Assembly: GCA_036867785.1 (NCBI GenBank)
Contig: CP145420.1
Location: forward strand, 1 to 64,000
Origin: Plasmodiophora brassicae
Taxonomy: Eukaryota
Length of the DNA: 64,000 nt
Reading direction: 5' to 3'
Shown: positions 1 to 10,279 of the stretch, piece after piece
How positions within the stretch are numbered: position 1 is the stretch's first letter
Layout of the letters: every line of letters begins with the position of its first letter
Program-made: the position numbers and the translations under genes
The notes under the pieces: model-generated
Databases searched by the model: none
Told to the model about the DNA's origin: nothing
Seen by the model: the letters and a program-made list of their open reading frames with translations, nothing else

Positions 1-360
1 ACCCTAAAACCCTAAAACCCTAAAACCCTAAAACCCTAAAACCCTAAACCCTAAAACCCTAAAACCCTAAAAACCCTAAAACCCTAAAACCCTAAAACCC
101 TAAAACCCTAAAACCCTAAAACCCTAAAACCCTAAAACCCTAAAACCCTAAAACCCTAAAACCCTAAAACCCTAAAACCCTAAAACCCTAAAACCCTAAA
201 ACCCTAAAACCCTAAAACCCTAAAACCCTAAAACCCTAAAACCCTAAAACCCTAAAACCCTAAAAAACCCTAAAACCCTAAAAAACCCTAAAAAACCCTA
301 AAAAAACCCTAAAAAACCCTAAAACCCTAAAAAACCCTAAAACCCTAAAAAAACCCTAAA
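1..360 (-). repeat. Telomeric array (TTTTAGGG)n, seen as CCCTAAAA on the + strand; chromosome end
   Basis: Tandem CCCTAAAA from base 1; proximal ~100 bp (260-360) has variants with A6/A7 tracts. Confidence 0.98.
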
Positions 361-3300
361 CTGGACTCCTTCCGCCTTAAGTAACTCCTTAACCTCATCA
401 GCAAGGTGATGTTTCTCCTTCCTCATCCTGGCGGCATGTGCCTTCACCAGCTTCGGTACATCCATCGCCAACCTGCAGATTGGCTCCCATGAATCCTCCG
501 CTTCAGAGAAACCCTTCCATCCGATCAACAATTCCAATTCCCCTGTCTCCGGACTGTGCCTGCAGTCCTTGAAGACTTCAATGGCGAAACGCTCATTGTC
601 ATAATCCATCTGTCGCTTCAGTTCCTCAGTGGCATTCACTTTGCCATGTTCATAGAGGCGAACGCGGTCCCCGTGAACGGTTCGAGTGTCCGTCTCATTG
701 AACATATTCCTCACCTCGTAGGTGTAGTTCTCGTGGCTATCAGTTATTTGATATAGGCCCCGCCACTTCATAAAGAGCTTCTTGCCCGGAACCTTACCCG
801 GTTCAGGCAATCCGATGAGTACATAGTCACCGATCTGAAAGTTCGGTGCAGTTGCTCGTCGGTACGCGTCGCTCCTCTTCCTGTGTACGGCTCGGATTTT
901 CTTCGATTGCTGCACTGCTCCCTTGTGCATTTCATTCAGCGACGTCTGCAATTGCATGACTAGCTCCTGAATATGCTCCTTTGAGAGTGTAGCTTCCCCA
1001 TACTTCTCATCCCCTGGCCTCTTGAACACTTGCTTCAGCGGGTTGTCTGGTTGACGTCCCATCATCACTGTCACTGGCGCATTCCCGTTGGTACGCGCCT
1101 GCGACCTGTGATTGATCGTGTGTTCAATGTTGTGGTTCAACCATGGCCAATCGTATTTGTCCCACTGCAATTCAGACAGAAGTGCTCTGACTAGTTGCAA
1201 GTAGTTCCTGTTGATCACCTCAATTGATCCATTACTGTAATGCCCATAGGCAACAGTCGGGTGATGAGCAAATCCACATCGACGCGCCAGTTCCTTCACA
1301 ACGTTTGCCAGAAAGCAAGACGCCATGTCTGACACCATCAACTCAAACGTTCCGAAGATAGCCCTCCATTCGAGCAGTGCCTCTACAGTGGTTTCCGCAT
1401 TGGGTGTATGGTCAGGAGTAATCTTGACCATGCCAGACAGATCATCCCTGATTATCAGATTCCATTGCAGATCATGTCTTCCGCCCTTCTGAGCCGCCAT
1501 CATGTATAGCCAATCCAAGTGAATCACCTGATTCGGCCTAACACCATGAACAGCTGTTCCCAATGGCCTGGGAATCCTAACCCCGCCCCTTGTCGGTAGA
1601 CAGTTCAAACACGCGTTGCAGAACGTCCTCATGTCCTCATCGCAGTGTGCCCAATGGCAGAACTCCCCCAACTTCCTCAACGAGGCCTTCAGTCCTAGAT
1701 GCCCACTGTTTCCGCCCGCATGAGCAATAGCGCATAGCTGCAGCTTCAGCTCGTTGCATTCGTCTGGTATGATCACCTGTCCCTTCCCTGTGACGAAGAG
1801 ATCATCACCATTCTTCGGTCGTTTCGTTCCTCTGAGCCATTTCCTCTGAGCCTTACGGATTTCGTCCACGGTCGGCCATTGGAATTCCTTCCTTTGTAAC
1901 GGCCGTACCCGATATCCGTCCTCAATTTGAAGCGTTATCCTCCTGATCGTGCGTACCTCTAGGTGCTGGTCATCAGGCCCACCGTCCGGTGCACCCCACC
2001 GCGTCATAAGATCCGACCACACATTGTCCTCCCCCGCAATGTGTTCAATGACGTAGTTGACCCTCTGTATGTCCAGTGCCCATCGTTGCAGTTTCTGCGC
2101 CGTTGGCTTTGACACGTCCGTTGGTGAGAATATCCTCACGAGATTCCTATGATCGGTAAACAAACGAAACTGCTCGTTGGTTGTAACGAGATAGTCCAGT
2201 TTGTCAATCCCATCCTTGATCGCGAACCCTTCCTTCTCCACCGTGGACCAGTTCCGCTCTGGGCCCGCGAACTTGTGTCCGACGAAACCCAGCGGTTCAT
2301 GTCGCTGCCCATGCACTGGTTTACCCAAGTCCTCAGGCGGAATCTGTGTGACTACCGCCGCGCTGTTAACCTCATTTGCATCTGAGAATAGGCATTGGAT
2401 CCGGTCCTTTCGCGGGTACGCTAGTTGGACCGTGTCCGCCACTGCCATCTTCAGTTTCTCGAATGCCAGCGCATGTTCGGGTGACCATCCATATTTGCAC
2501 AATCGCACCCTCCTGGCAATGGCTTTCGTCCTGCCAGGTTGGTCCTTCATTGCATCCTCGTATATCCTCTGTAACAGGTGTACCTTCCTGTTGTACTCAG
2601 GGATGGACCTACTCATCCACTGAGTTGCCATAAGGAATTGTTGCAAGTCCCTTGCCGTCCTCGGCTGTGGTATCGCCATTAAAGCCTCAATCCTAGCAGG
2701 ATCGTGCCTTACCCCTTCTGGCGTGAATATCCTTCCACAAAACCGAACCTCTGTTGTGAAGAGCTCACACTTCTCCACGTTGAACTTGATGCTGTGCCGT
2801 TCGGCTAGCATCAGAGTCCGTTCCAACGTTCGGAACCAATCATCCTCCCTTTGGGCATGCCCCATTAGATCATCGATCCATATGATTAGTTTGTGGAACA
2901 TAAGTTCCCCGAACACCTCAAACATCCTCCCTTGATACTGAGGGGCGGAGTTCATTCCCCCCTGCATCGACCTCGTTGGCTTATACACCCCCTTATCTGT
3001 CATGAAGGAGAAGATCTCCTGACACGCTTCATCCAGCGGCATCATCCAGAAGCCTTTGAACGCGTCTAGCTTAAACCAGAACCTCGAGCCTGCCAGGTTC
3101 CTCAGTATCGCCTCCTGATGTGGCATAGGCCACGCCACGGCGACACATTTGGCATTAACAGCTCTGAGATCAACACAGAACCGCTTTCCGCCCCCTGGCT
3201 TCGTCACCACCACCACCGGTGAAGCCCACTTCGCGTTGTAGTTTTCAACGACTAGGCCATACTTCTTCAATTGGGCGACGAATTCCTCCATGAAAGCACT

Positions 3301-5025
3301 GTCCTCCATACTGTACTTTCTGGCTCGGCACCTGTAAGGTTCCGCATCCGGTTTCAGCTCCGTGACAAATGGTGTAACCCTGGCTGGACCATCAGGTCCA
3401 ATGCTCATACGCCAAACGTCCCTATATCTTCTGACGAGTTTCCGAAGCGATTTCCCCATCGCTTGCGGTAGGCCATTCCTCAATGCGCGCTCGACCATCC
3501 CGTCCATCTCCCTTTCCAGGGAGTCTGTGGAATCGGTTCCGATCCTCACATCCTCTGTTTCCTCTTCCTCCCCTTCCCAGAGAGGTGGCATCTCGTTTGC
3601 CATATTGTGCACTTCATCCATGACGTCATTCCCCTTCTTCGGCGTGCTCTTAATGAGTACGTCCAGGGCCTTCTTTGGGTGGATACCCAAGTCGTCCAAC
3701 AGCCTCTCCCCTAGGATTATTTCCTTTTCAGGAATGTCCCATACAAGGCATCGGCGCCGGCGAGTGATCAGTTCGCCTGCCGTCGTCGTCAGTCCCAGAT
3801 CCAGTATCATCACATGGTAGGCTGTGTGCTTCGTTTCTCTGTCTACCAGACAGAACGTTTCCGGCTTCTGGAGGTTCTCCATTGTTAACAATGGGTCCCG
3901 CTCCATTAGCTCGCGCGCTATGGTCAATGGCATCAGAACGTCAACCGATGTCGCTCCACTGTCCAGAACCCCAACGTAGTCTTCCTCATGTCCGTTTACA
4001 CGAACGACTACTTGGTCCCCTGTCCTCTGCGCCCCCTCCGACACTCTTCCTACCACTGGAAGCCATGGGTACTCTGACAAGTCGTCATCTTTATCAGATT
4101 TGGCCTTACGGGGTCCATCCCTTCCCGTTGGCCCCTTGCGGCGATCCTTCAGCAGGTCTGCGACCTGCTTCTTGGTAGGCTTCTTCGGGCAACGAAACGC
4201 TGGATGTCCAACCTCGTCACAGTTGAAACATCGCAGGTCCTTCCGGTGTCGTTTCGTGTCCCGGCCTCCATCGCCCCCCTCATCCGTCTGCGCCCCTCGC
4301 TTCCTCGGGGTGGGTTTGACCTTTCCCTTCCCCTTGCCATCCTCACGTCCCGGCTCCATGTACAACATCGTCTCCTCATACGATGCAGCTCGTTCCTTCA
4401 GCACCCGATAGAATTCCAAAGGGTCCTTCTGGAGATCGGTCTGGCGCTTCATGACGAGGGTCCGCATGAGCGCTTGTAAACCGGATGGGCGCACAGCACC
4501 CAGTAGGTACTTGACCAGGTTCTTCCGTCCCTCGCGGGACGTGAAGAGGTCCTGCCACCCGTTGCGCGCGACCAATTCCTCGTACTGCTGCACGAGGTTC
4601 ACGACCCTTGCAGCTGGTGTGGTGATGGTCAGCTTCATCGCCAGCTTCCGCATCTCCCGGTCGATGTTCGCGTCCGTCGAGCGATCCTGCTCCAGATGCC
4701 TCTTCATCCAGTCCATCAGGTCGCTCTCCGTCACCCCCTCGGCGTCCGTGCCGAGTTCCCACTTGCAGATCGCCCTGAGCAGACCGGGGTCGATCATACT
4801 CCTCACTGACCGTGGGATCTGGCCCTTGGCATTCGGATCGTCCCGGAAGTGATTCCGATACGTCTTCAGCTCGGCCATGAACGTCGTGACGGCCTTGCGG
4901 TCCATGCTCTTCAAGGTCGGCGCCTTGTTCATCTGCAGGACGATCGTTGAGCCTTGCACGCTCTGTCCTTGTTGTCGATCATCGACGTCATCTTCCAGCA
5001 GCATCTCCTGCGCGGTGGCCACCAT
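337..5025 (-). CDS. Gag-Pol polyprotein with chromodomain
   Basis: CCHC knuckle CFNCDEVGHPAFRC; protease LDSGA; RT motifs RFCVDLRAVN, LDAFKGFW, WIDD; RNase H FSDA...WSTVEKEG...FTDHRNL; integrase GHLG..CLNC, HLDW, VSD, NGSIE; chromodomain LIGWKGFSEAEDSWEP. Likely start is the ATG at 5025 (MVATAQ). Confidence 0.93.
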   Translation of the reverse strand: MVATAQEMLLEDDVDDRQQGQSVQGSTIVLQMNKAPTLKSMDRKAVTTFMAELKTYRNHFRDDPNAKGQIPRSVRSMIDPGLLRAICKWELGTDAEGVTESDLMDWMKRHLEQDRSTDANIDREMRKLAMKLTITTPAARVVNLVQQYEELVARNGWQDLFTSREGRKNLVKYLLGAVRPSGLQALMRTLVMKRQTDLQKDPLEFYRVLKERAASYEETMLYMEPGREDGKGKGKVKPTPRKRGAQTDEGGDGGRDTKRHRKDLRCFNCDEVGHPAFRCPKKPTKKQVADLLKDRRKGPTGRDGPRKAKSDKDDDLSEYPWLPVVGRVSEGAQRTGDQVVVRVNGHEEDYVGVLDSGATSVDVLMPLTIARELMERDPLLTMENLQKPETFCLVDRETKHTAYHVMILDLGLTTTAGELITRRRRCLVWDIPEKEIILGERLLDDLGIHPKKALDVLIKSTPKKGNDVMDEVHNMANEMPPLWEGEEEETEDVRIGTDSTDSLEREMDGMVERALRNGLPQAMGKSLRKLVRRYRDVWRMSIGPDGPARVTPFVTELKPDAEPYRCRARKYSMEDSAFMEEFVAQLKKYGLVVENYNAKWASPVVVVTKPGGGKRFCVDLRAVNAKCVAVAWPMPHQEAILRNLAGSRFWFKLDAFKGFWMMPLDEACQEIFSFMTDKGVYKPTRSMQGGMNSAPQYQGRMFEVFGELMFHKLIIWIDDLMGHAQREDDWFRTLERTLMLAERHSIKFNVEKCELFTTEVRFCGRIFTPEGVRHDPARIEALMAIPQPRTARDLQQFLMATQWMSRSIPEYNRKVHLLQRIYEDAMKDQPGRTKAIARRVRLCKYGWSPEHALAFEKLKMAVADTVQLAYPRKDRIQCLFSDANEVNSAAVVTQIPPEDLGKPVHGQRHEPLGFVGHKFAGPERNWSTVEKEGFAIKDGIDKLDYLVTTNEQFRLFTDHRNLVRIFSPTDVSKPTAQKLQRWALDIQRVNYVIEHIAGEDNVWSDLMTRWGAPDGGPDDQHLEVRTIRRITLQIEDGYRVRPLQRKEFQWPTVDEIRKAQRKWLRGTKRPKNGDDLFVTGKGQVIIPDECNELKLQLCAIAHAGGNSGHLGLKASLRKLGEFCHWAHCDEDMRTFCNACLNCLPTRGGVRIPRPLGTAVHGVRPNQVIHLDWLYMMAAQKGGRHDLQWNLIIRDDLSGMVKITPDHTPNAETTVEALLEWRAIFGTFELMVSDMASCFLANVVKELARRCGFAHHPTVAYGHYSNGSIEVINRNYLQLVRALLSELQWDKYDWPWLNHNIEHTINHRSQARTNGNAPVTVMMGRQPDNPLKQVFKRPGDEKYGEATLSKEHIQELVMQLQTSLNEMHKGAVQQSKKIRAVHRKRSDAYRRATAPNFQIGDYVLIGLPEPGKVPGKKLFMKWRGLYQITDSHENYTYEVRNMFNETDTRTVHGDRVRLYEHGKVNATEELKRQMDYDNERFAIEVFKDCRHSPETGELELLIGWKGFSEAEDSWEPICRLAMDVPKLVKAHAARMRKEKHHLADEVKELLKAEGVQFRVFLGF

Positions 5026-5072
5026 CGCGTCCTTCTTTGAAACCTTCCCCGAAAGGATGTTCAAGAGATCTC

Positions 5073-5215
5073 TGTGACGTCCCAACGGTGATGGTATATC
5101 AGCCGTGTAGTATAATCGTCTGTCTCCCCGACCTGCAGCTCCCACGGACGCCGTGCGGACTCCGTGCGCACTCCGTGCATGTCCGTCATTCTTAGGGCGG
5201 CCTAGCCGGATCACA
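5073..5215 (-). repeat. Putative 5' LTR (143 bp, TGTGA...TCACA)
   Basis: Inverted 5-bp termini bracket the segment between the gag start and LINE sequence; internal short tandem (CTCCGTGCGCA-like) at ~5149-5187; no second LTR in the window to confirm. Confidence 0.55.
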
Positions 5216-5222
5216 GCTATTC

Positions 5223-7116
5223 TTGTCTTATAGCTTGGAGCCGGCACAAGCGATTAGCATCGCTGCGTGGAATTCCGATGGTCTGGACGTCGCAAAGCTC
5301 CAGGCCACGGCCGCATTCTTCAGGGATCGTCGCCTAACGGCGGCGGTCTTTGTAGAAACTTATGTTCACTTCGAAACATCACTGACGAACGTCCTTGCAG
5401 ATTATAATGTCCGACATGTCGCCGGTGGGCGCTCCGCCGGTGAACTTCGCGGTCACGGCGGCATCAGTATCATGGTACCGTCCACTGTCGCCTTGCAAGA
5501 GGTCGCCCGCGAACGCAACCGAAGCGGCCCGAGGTGGGCAATCCGGCGCGTTGGCGAGGATCTACTCGTCGCTGGCGTCTACATTCGCCCCAGCCGGTCA
5601 CTACCCGACGTCTTCGAGTACGAGGTGACGCTTGTAGACCGGACCGCCCAATGCCCTGGCGAACGCCATCGGGGGACACTGCTCGGCCCGGGAACGTGTC
5701 GTCGTTGTCGGCGATTTCAACGCTCGACTCGGCGACATCTCGGGCGACAGCACGTCGTTCCCTAGGAAGCCCCACGTTCTGGCGCTGGCCGCACGATGCT
5801 CGCTGTCACTGCTCAACTACCCGCTGCGCGGCGATCCCAGCCGATGGACATTCGTGGTGCCCAACGGCAGCGGACGCTCCGTCGCCGATCTCGCCCTGGC
5901 TCGTGGCCTCGACGCCGCCGCCACCTTGAGTGTGGTCGGTGCGCTGGTCAGCACCGCGCATCGGATGCTGGTCATCGCGAGCGACCATGCCGTACTGGAG
6001 CGCATCGACCCGAGCCGTTATTCGTGGGCACGTCGGATGCTCGCCGATCCTGACGATCGTCCCGCCCTCACTGTCCTGCTTTCTCCGGCCTACAACTATC
6101 TTCGGGCCCTATGGATGGACGCCGCGCTGGACCTAGACGACATGCGCGACCAGCCAGTCGACAGCCTGTACCGCCATACTACTGCCGTTCTCCGTGCCGT
6201 CCTCGAGGACATCGCCTGCTGACCCAGCTCCAGATCGAAGCGGGGCCATTCGGCATCGATGCGCCCCGTCTGGAAGGCACTGCAGCGGTGCGACCTCCGC
6301 TTCTACCTGCACTCCATGCGCAGCGTCTTCTCGGCGACGTCGCAGCTCAAGCCGAGCCAACGCCCGTCCATCGAGGAGTTCACTGACCATTGGAAAGCGG
6401 TCTTCGAGAAGGCGGGCGTGGACGACGGCCCGCGCCTGCGTTCCCCACGCCTCTCCAGCGACCTGGACGACGAGGAGCGCCAGGTGTTCGACCCCGCTGT
6501 CGTCAGCGCCGTCATCCGGCGCCATGAGTGGATGAAAGGGGTCGGCCCGGACAACATACCGATGGACCTCCTGAAATGTGACCCGATTGCCGCCTGCCCC
6601 TGGATCTCCTGCATGTTCACATGCCTGTACACCGTGCAGCTCGTGCCGTCCGAGTGGCGTTCGGCGCTCGTCGTCCCCGTTCCGAAGCGCAACACCGACC
6701 CCGCTGACCCGTCCAACTGGCGAGGCATCGCGCTGAAATCCCACCCTGCGGAAGGCCTACGAGACATGCCTCGTCACGTACATGCACCTGAAAGGGTGGC
6801 TCCAGATGCACTTCCAGCTGCAGTTCGGGTTTCGGCGAGGTATCGGTGTCCCTGAAGCCGTGTAGGTGGCCGACGAGCTCACATCCCACTGGGCGTCACA
6901 ACGCAAGCCGTTTATCGAGGTCCTCCTCGACATGAGGAAGGCGTACGATAGCGCCCGCCGCATCCACGTCTACAACAAGCTACAGAGGCGCGGTGTGCCG
7001 GCCCATGTCATCGCCCTGCTGCAAGCCTTGTTCGACGGCTGCCACTTCATTATCGCCCTGGACGGGCAGCTCTCCGAGCGGATCGCCGCGCTCGTCGGCC
7101 TCTTCCAGGGCGCCAT
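5223..7116 (+). mobile_element. Degenerate LINE (non-LTR retrotransposon) ORF2: APE endonuclease plus truncated RT
   Basis: APE motifs AWNSDGL, VET, RGHGG, VAGVY, VVGDFNARLG; RT motifs GPDNIP, VPSEW..VVPVPK, NWRGIAL, QFGFR, LDMRKAYDS, GLFQG; frameshifts and stops; ends before the YxDD motif. Confidence 0.9.
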
Positions 7117-7332
7117 TGGCAGCCGTCGAACAAGGCTTGCAGCAGGGCGATGACATGGCACACCGCGCCTCTGTAGCTTGTTGTAGACGTGGATGCGGCG
7201 GGCGCTATCGTTCGCCTTCCTCATGTCGAGGAGGACCTCGATCAGCGGCTTGCGTTGTGACGCCCAGTGGGATGTGAGCTCGTCGGCCACCCACACGGCT
7301 TCAGGGACACCGATGCCTCGCCGAAACCCGAA
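6824..7332. repeat. Inverted repeat of LINE RT segment (arms 6824-7044 and 7117-7332)
   Basis: Arms are near-identical reverse complements with a ~72 bp spacer; the second arm has a 5-bp deletion. Confidence 0.95.
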
Positions 7333-7409
7333 ATGGCATGTCGTCAAACATGGGGCACTCGTCACCGAAACGCGACACGACCGGACGCTGGTACGAAGCG
7401 CCGTGTCGT

Positions 7410-8565
7410 TTAATCGCTGCATGGGCGATAATGTCGCCAGATGACGCCAGGATAATCGGCCGATTCGCCCCGGATTCGCCTGCCGATGGGATCCAGGATC
7501 CGAGCGGCGCCGTCTTCGCAGGTTAACGGCGGTCGATCGTCACGACCAGACGTTCCCAGTTGCATCGCCGATACCCATCCGGGATCGACTCCACAAACGA
7601 CGACACGAGCCCGATCCCATAGCTCCTTCGACGCCGTCTTCGTCAGCATGTCCAGCGCCGCTTTCGCCATGTTGGTGTGCGGGTGCTGACTTGTGTTCAC
7701 GCGCGATGATTGCCCTTCCTTCGACGTCACATTCACCACCGTCCCCTGGGCGCTGGACAATGCCCCGGCCAGACCGTTCAGCAAGAGGAATGGGACGAAC
7801 GCATTGACGAGGAGGACTTCGAGGCATTCGCCTGGGTCGATCCCGCCCAACAGAGTCGACGTCCACGTCGTTTGCGAACGCAGGTCGCCGATCGTATCAC
7901 CGGTTCGCGGATCGACCGCCCCGAGAACGGGGAACAGATCGTCGCCTTGCTTGACGGCCGTCGATCGCTCGGCAGGAAGCAGTGCCTGCGACATGGGAAC
8001 GACGACGACGTCGTGCACCATGGGACTTCGCAGGCGTTTCAGGCGTTCCTCCTCCTGCACCAAGGCAGCGTAGAATTCGTCCGGGCGACGAATGGTCTGC
8101 GCAGCGTTGTTGATCAGGGCAGAAACGTTCGGGTACCGCTGGGCGAAGTGCCTGACGAGCGCTCGCACCCGAGCAAGATCCCTGAAATCGCACCCGTAGA
8201 CGTGGACACGCTCGCTGCCGTACTTGGCGAGCTTGGCGGCCAGGATATGCGGGAAGCGCGTCGTCGCGACAATAAGCGGCGCGCCCGAACCCAGCAGACG
8301 CTGGACGATGGCGAAGCCGATCTTGATCCGGGCGCCGGTGACGATGACCACCCCCGGCAGGCCGGTGAAATCGGTCGATTCGGCACGTTTCGCCGCGTTC
8401 ACCTGCGAGCAGACCTGGCAGATGGCAACCTGCCAGCCGTCGTGATCGCATCGTTTCCGGCACATGTAGCAGGGCCGGCGCCGGCCAGATCCATTCCCGG
8501 CGCCCGTCTGGTGCAGGCGGTCCAAGAGCCGATCGCGCAGCCGATCGACCAGGTCCAGAGCTTCC
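7410..8565 (-). CDS. Short-chain dehydrogenase/reductase with N-terminal Cys4 zinc finger (possibly the C-terminal half of the upstream gene)
   Basis: CYMC...CQVC; VIVTGARIKIG; LINNAAQTIRRP; HTNMAKAALDMLTKT; VDPGWVS. Confidence 0.85.
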
Positions 8566-10279
8566 TGTTGGCGCGTTCGTCCTGGTCGGCGGTGACCGAC
8601 GCCATGCGCGTTTGCGCCAGAAGGTCACGAAGCTGGTCGACCGCTGTCGGAGGGGAATCTGGGCGAGGTTCCTTCGTCGCCTGATCCGGGGCCTTCTCTG
8701 GCGCTGTGCCGGGGAATTGCACCGGCTGACGACGCAGATACGCGAAGCACGCCGGGTCGTTCTTTAGGACGTCCCATTCGCCGATCACCCCGAAACCGAT
8801 GCAGGCCTGATCCTCGATGAGTAGGCGCGAGTAGTGCATGGACGCCGGTCGGGCAGGCGTGTACCTGGCGAACAGGAACAGATGACGTGCGGACACGCTC
8901 AGTTCAACCCGATGTATCGACGATCTGGGGCGCACGGCGCCCTGTTCGACCGCAGCGACCGAGTCGACGTACCCGGGCGCTCGCGCCGATGCAATCGCAA
9001 TGTGCACGGCACGATTGCGTTGGCTGAATATCGTACGAACCTGATCATCGTCGATGTTAAACTGGACGAACGCGACGAACGTTTGCGCTGGATCGGGAGA
9101 AACCGGACGTTTCCGCGCCCCTCTGTAAACGCTCCTGAACCTGTCGGTGGACTCGCTGAAGAACGCCTGCGCATCCAGAGAAGTAATCGCCAGGGCCTGT
9201 TGCCCAGCTGGGAACTGGCCCAGACGTGAGACGCCGACGCCTATAACGGTCGCGTGACTGGCGCTGGCTCTCTCGATCGGAGACTTGCAGCGTTCCATCG
9301 ACGTGATCGTGACCGCCTGCCAGAAACGCTGGCGGATCGTGGCAGAAGCGTACCAATCAGATGACCTCTCGATACTCCAGCCATGAACCAGAACTTGGTC
9401 GCCAACGTTGAGGACGCCTTGCAGCAGGTAGCCGATCAGGATCAGCCCGTCCTCGAGTGGATTGCCCCGCCAACAGTCGACCGCGAACACGACGTCGCCG
9501 TCGTTGGGGTCGTCCGGCATCGGCAGCGATGACAGATGGGGCAACAGGTCGGACGGGTGGCAGAAGGTCAGGGGCGCGGGGAGCATGGCGAGAAGGGTTT
9601 CGTCGGCGGCTCCAGACGAGACCGCGATCGATGGTGTCAACCCCGCCCCGTAGACTTCGTACATCAACCTGTTCAGCTCCGGGAGGCGATCGTTGAACTC
9701 GCCGCGGTCGCCACTGACGACGACGACGACGGTTGCCACTGGCGATAAGCCCATGAGCGCGGCCGATCGCGATCGCGATCGCTTCTTCCCGGGTGTGTCA
9801 TGCAAAACCAGGGAGGTTCCAGGGAGCGGCCAGTACGAGTCGATGGTGGAGCGGTGCTGGGAACGCTCGGCCATGGTCCTGTCGACGATCCAGGTACACT
9901 GGGCCACGGCGGCAGCCGCCGGTTCGCATCGGACGGCGGCGTCGAGTCGGGCCAGGACCCGCCCAGGAACCCGATGCCGAACGTACCCGCCGACCAGGGC
10001 CGACTTGCCCGACCCGGCTGGGCCGACGAAGATGATGGCCCTGGAGACGTCGGGCGGCGATGGCGCTCGGGGCCAGTTCACGACACGACGGGACATGTAC
10101 CCGACACCGTACGACCATCGATGATAACGATCGTAGAGGTGGAAGAGGACATGCGCGTACGGGAGCGCGTCGCTGTCGGCCGGCCCGATCGCATCTCGAA
10201 CAGCGTCCCAGGCGACGCCGCTGAGCAGATCCCGGGACCGCAGCAGGTCGAACAGGAGATCGCCCGTCATGACCGACAT
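8560..10279 (-). CDS. Highly divergent EF1A/HBS1-like translational GTPase domain protein
   Basis: P-loop GPAGSGKS, G3 DTPG, VVVSGDRGEF, domain-II-like G.L.QG.L.VGDQV and ITSME; no clear NKxD motif. Confidence 0.6.

Larger units (their letters stand above)
337..5215 (-). mobile_element. Ty3/Gypsy LTR retrotransposon (chromovirus), 3' LTR missing
   Basis: Single gag-pol ORF with Gypsy domain order PR-RT-RH-IN-chromodomain, plus a candidate 5' LTR at 5073-5215. Confidence 0.95.

Noticed and set aside
5092-5116. TGGTATATCAGCCGTGTAGTATAA, resembling a PBS or tRNA fragment
   Set aside because: Wrong strand for this element's PBS, and no cloverleaf can be folded.
5026-5247. N-terminal 74 aa of the 1636-aa ORF
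   Set aside because: Starts at GTG and runs through the candidate LTR into LINE sequence; the ATG at 5025 is a better start.
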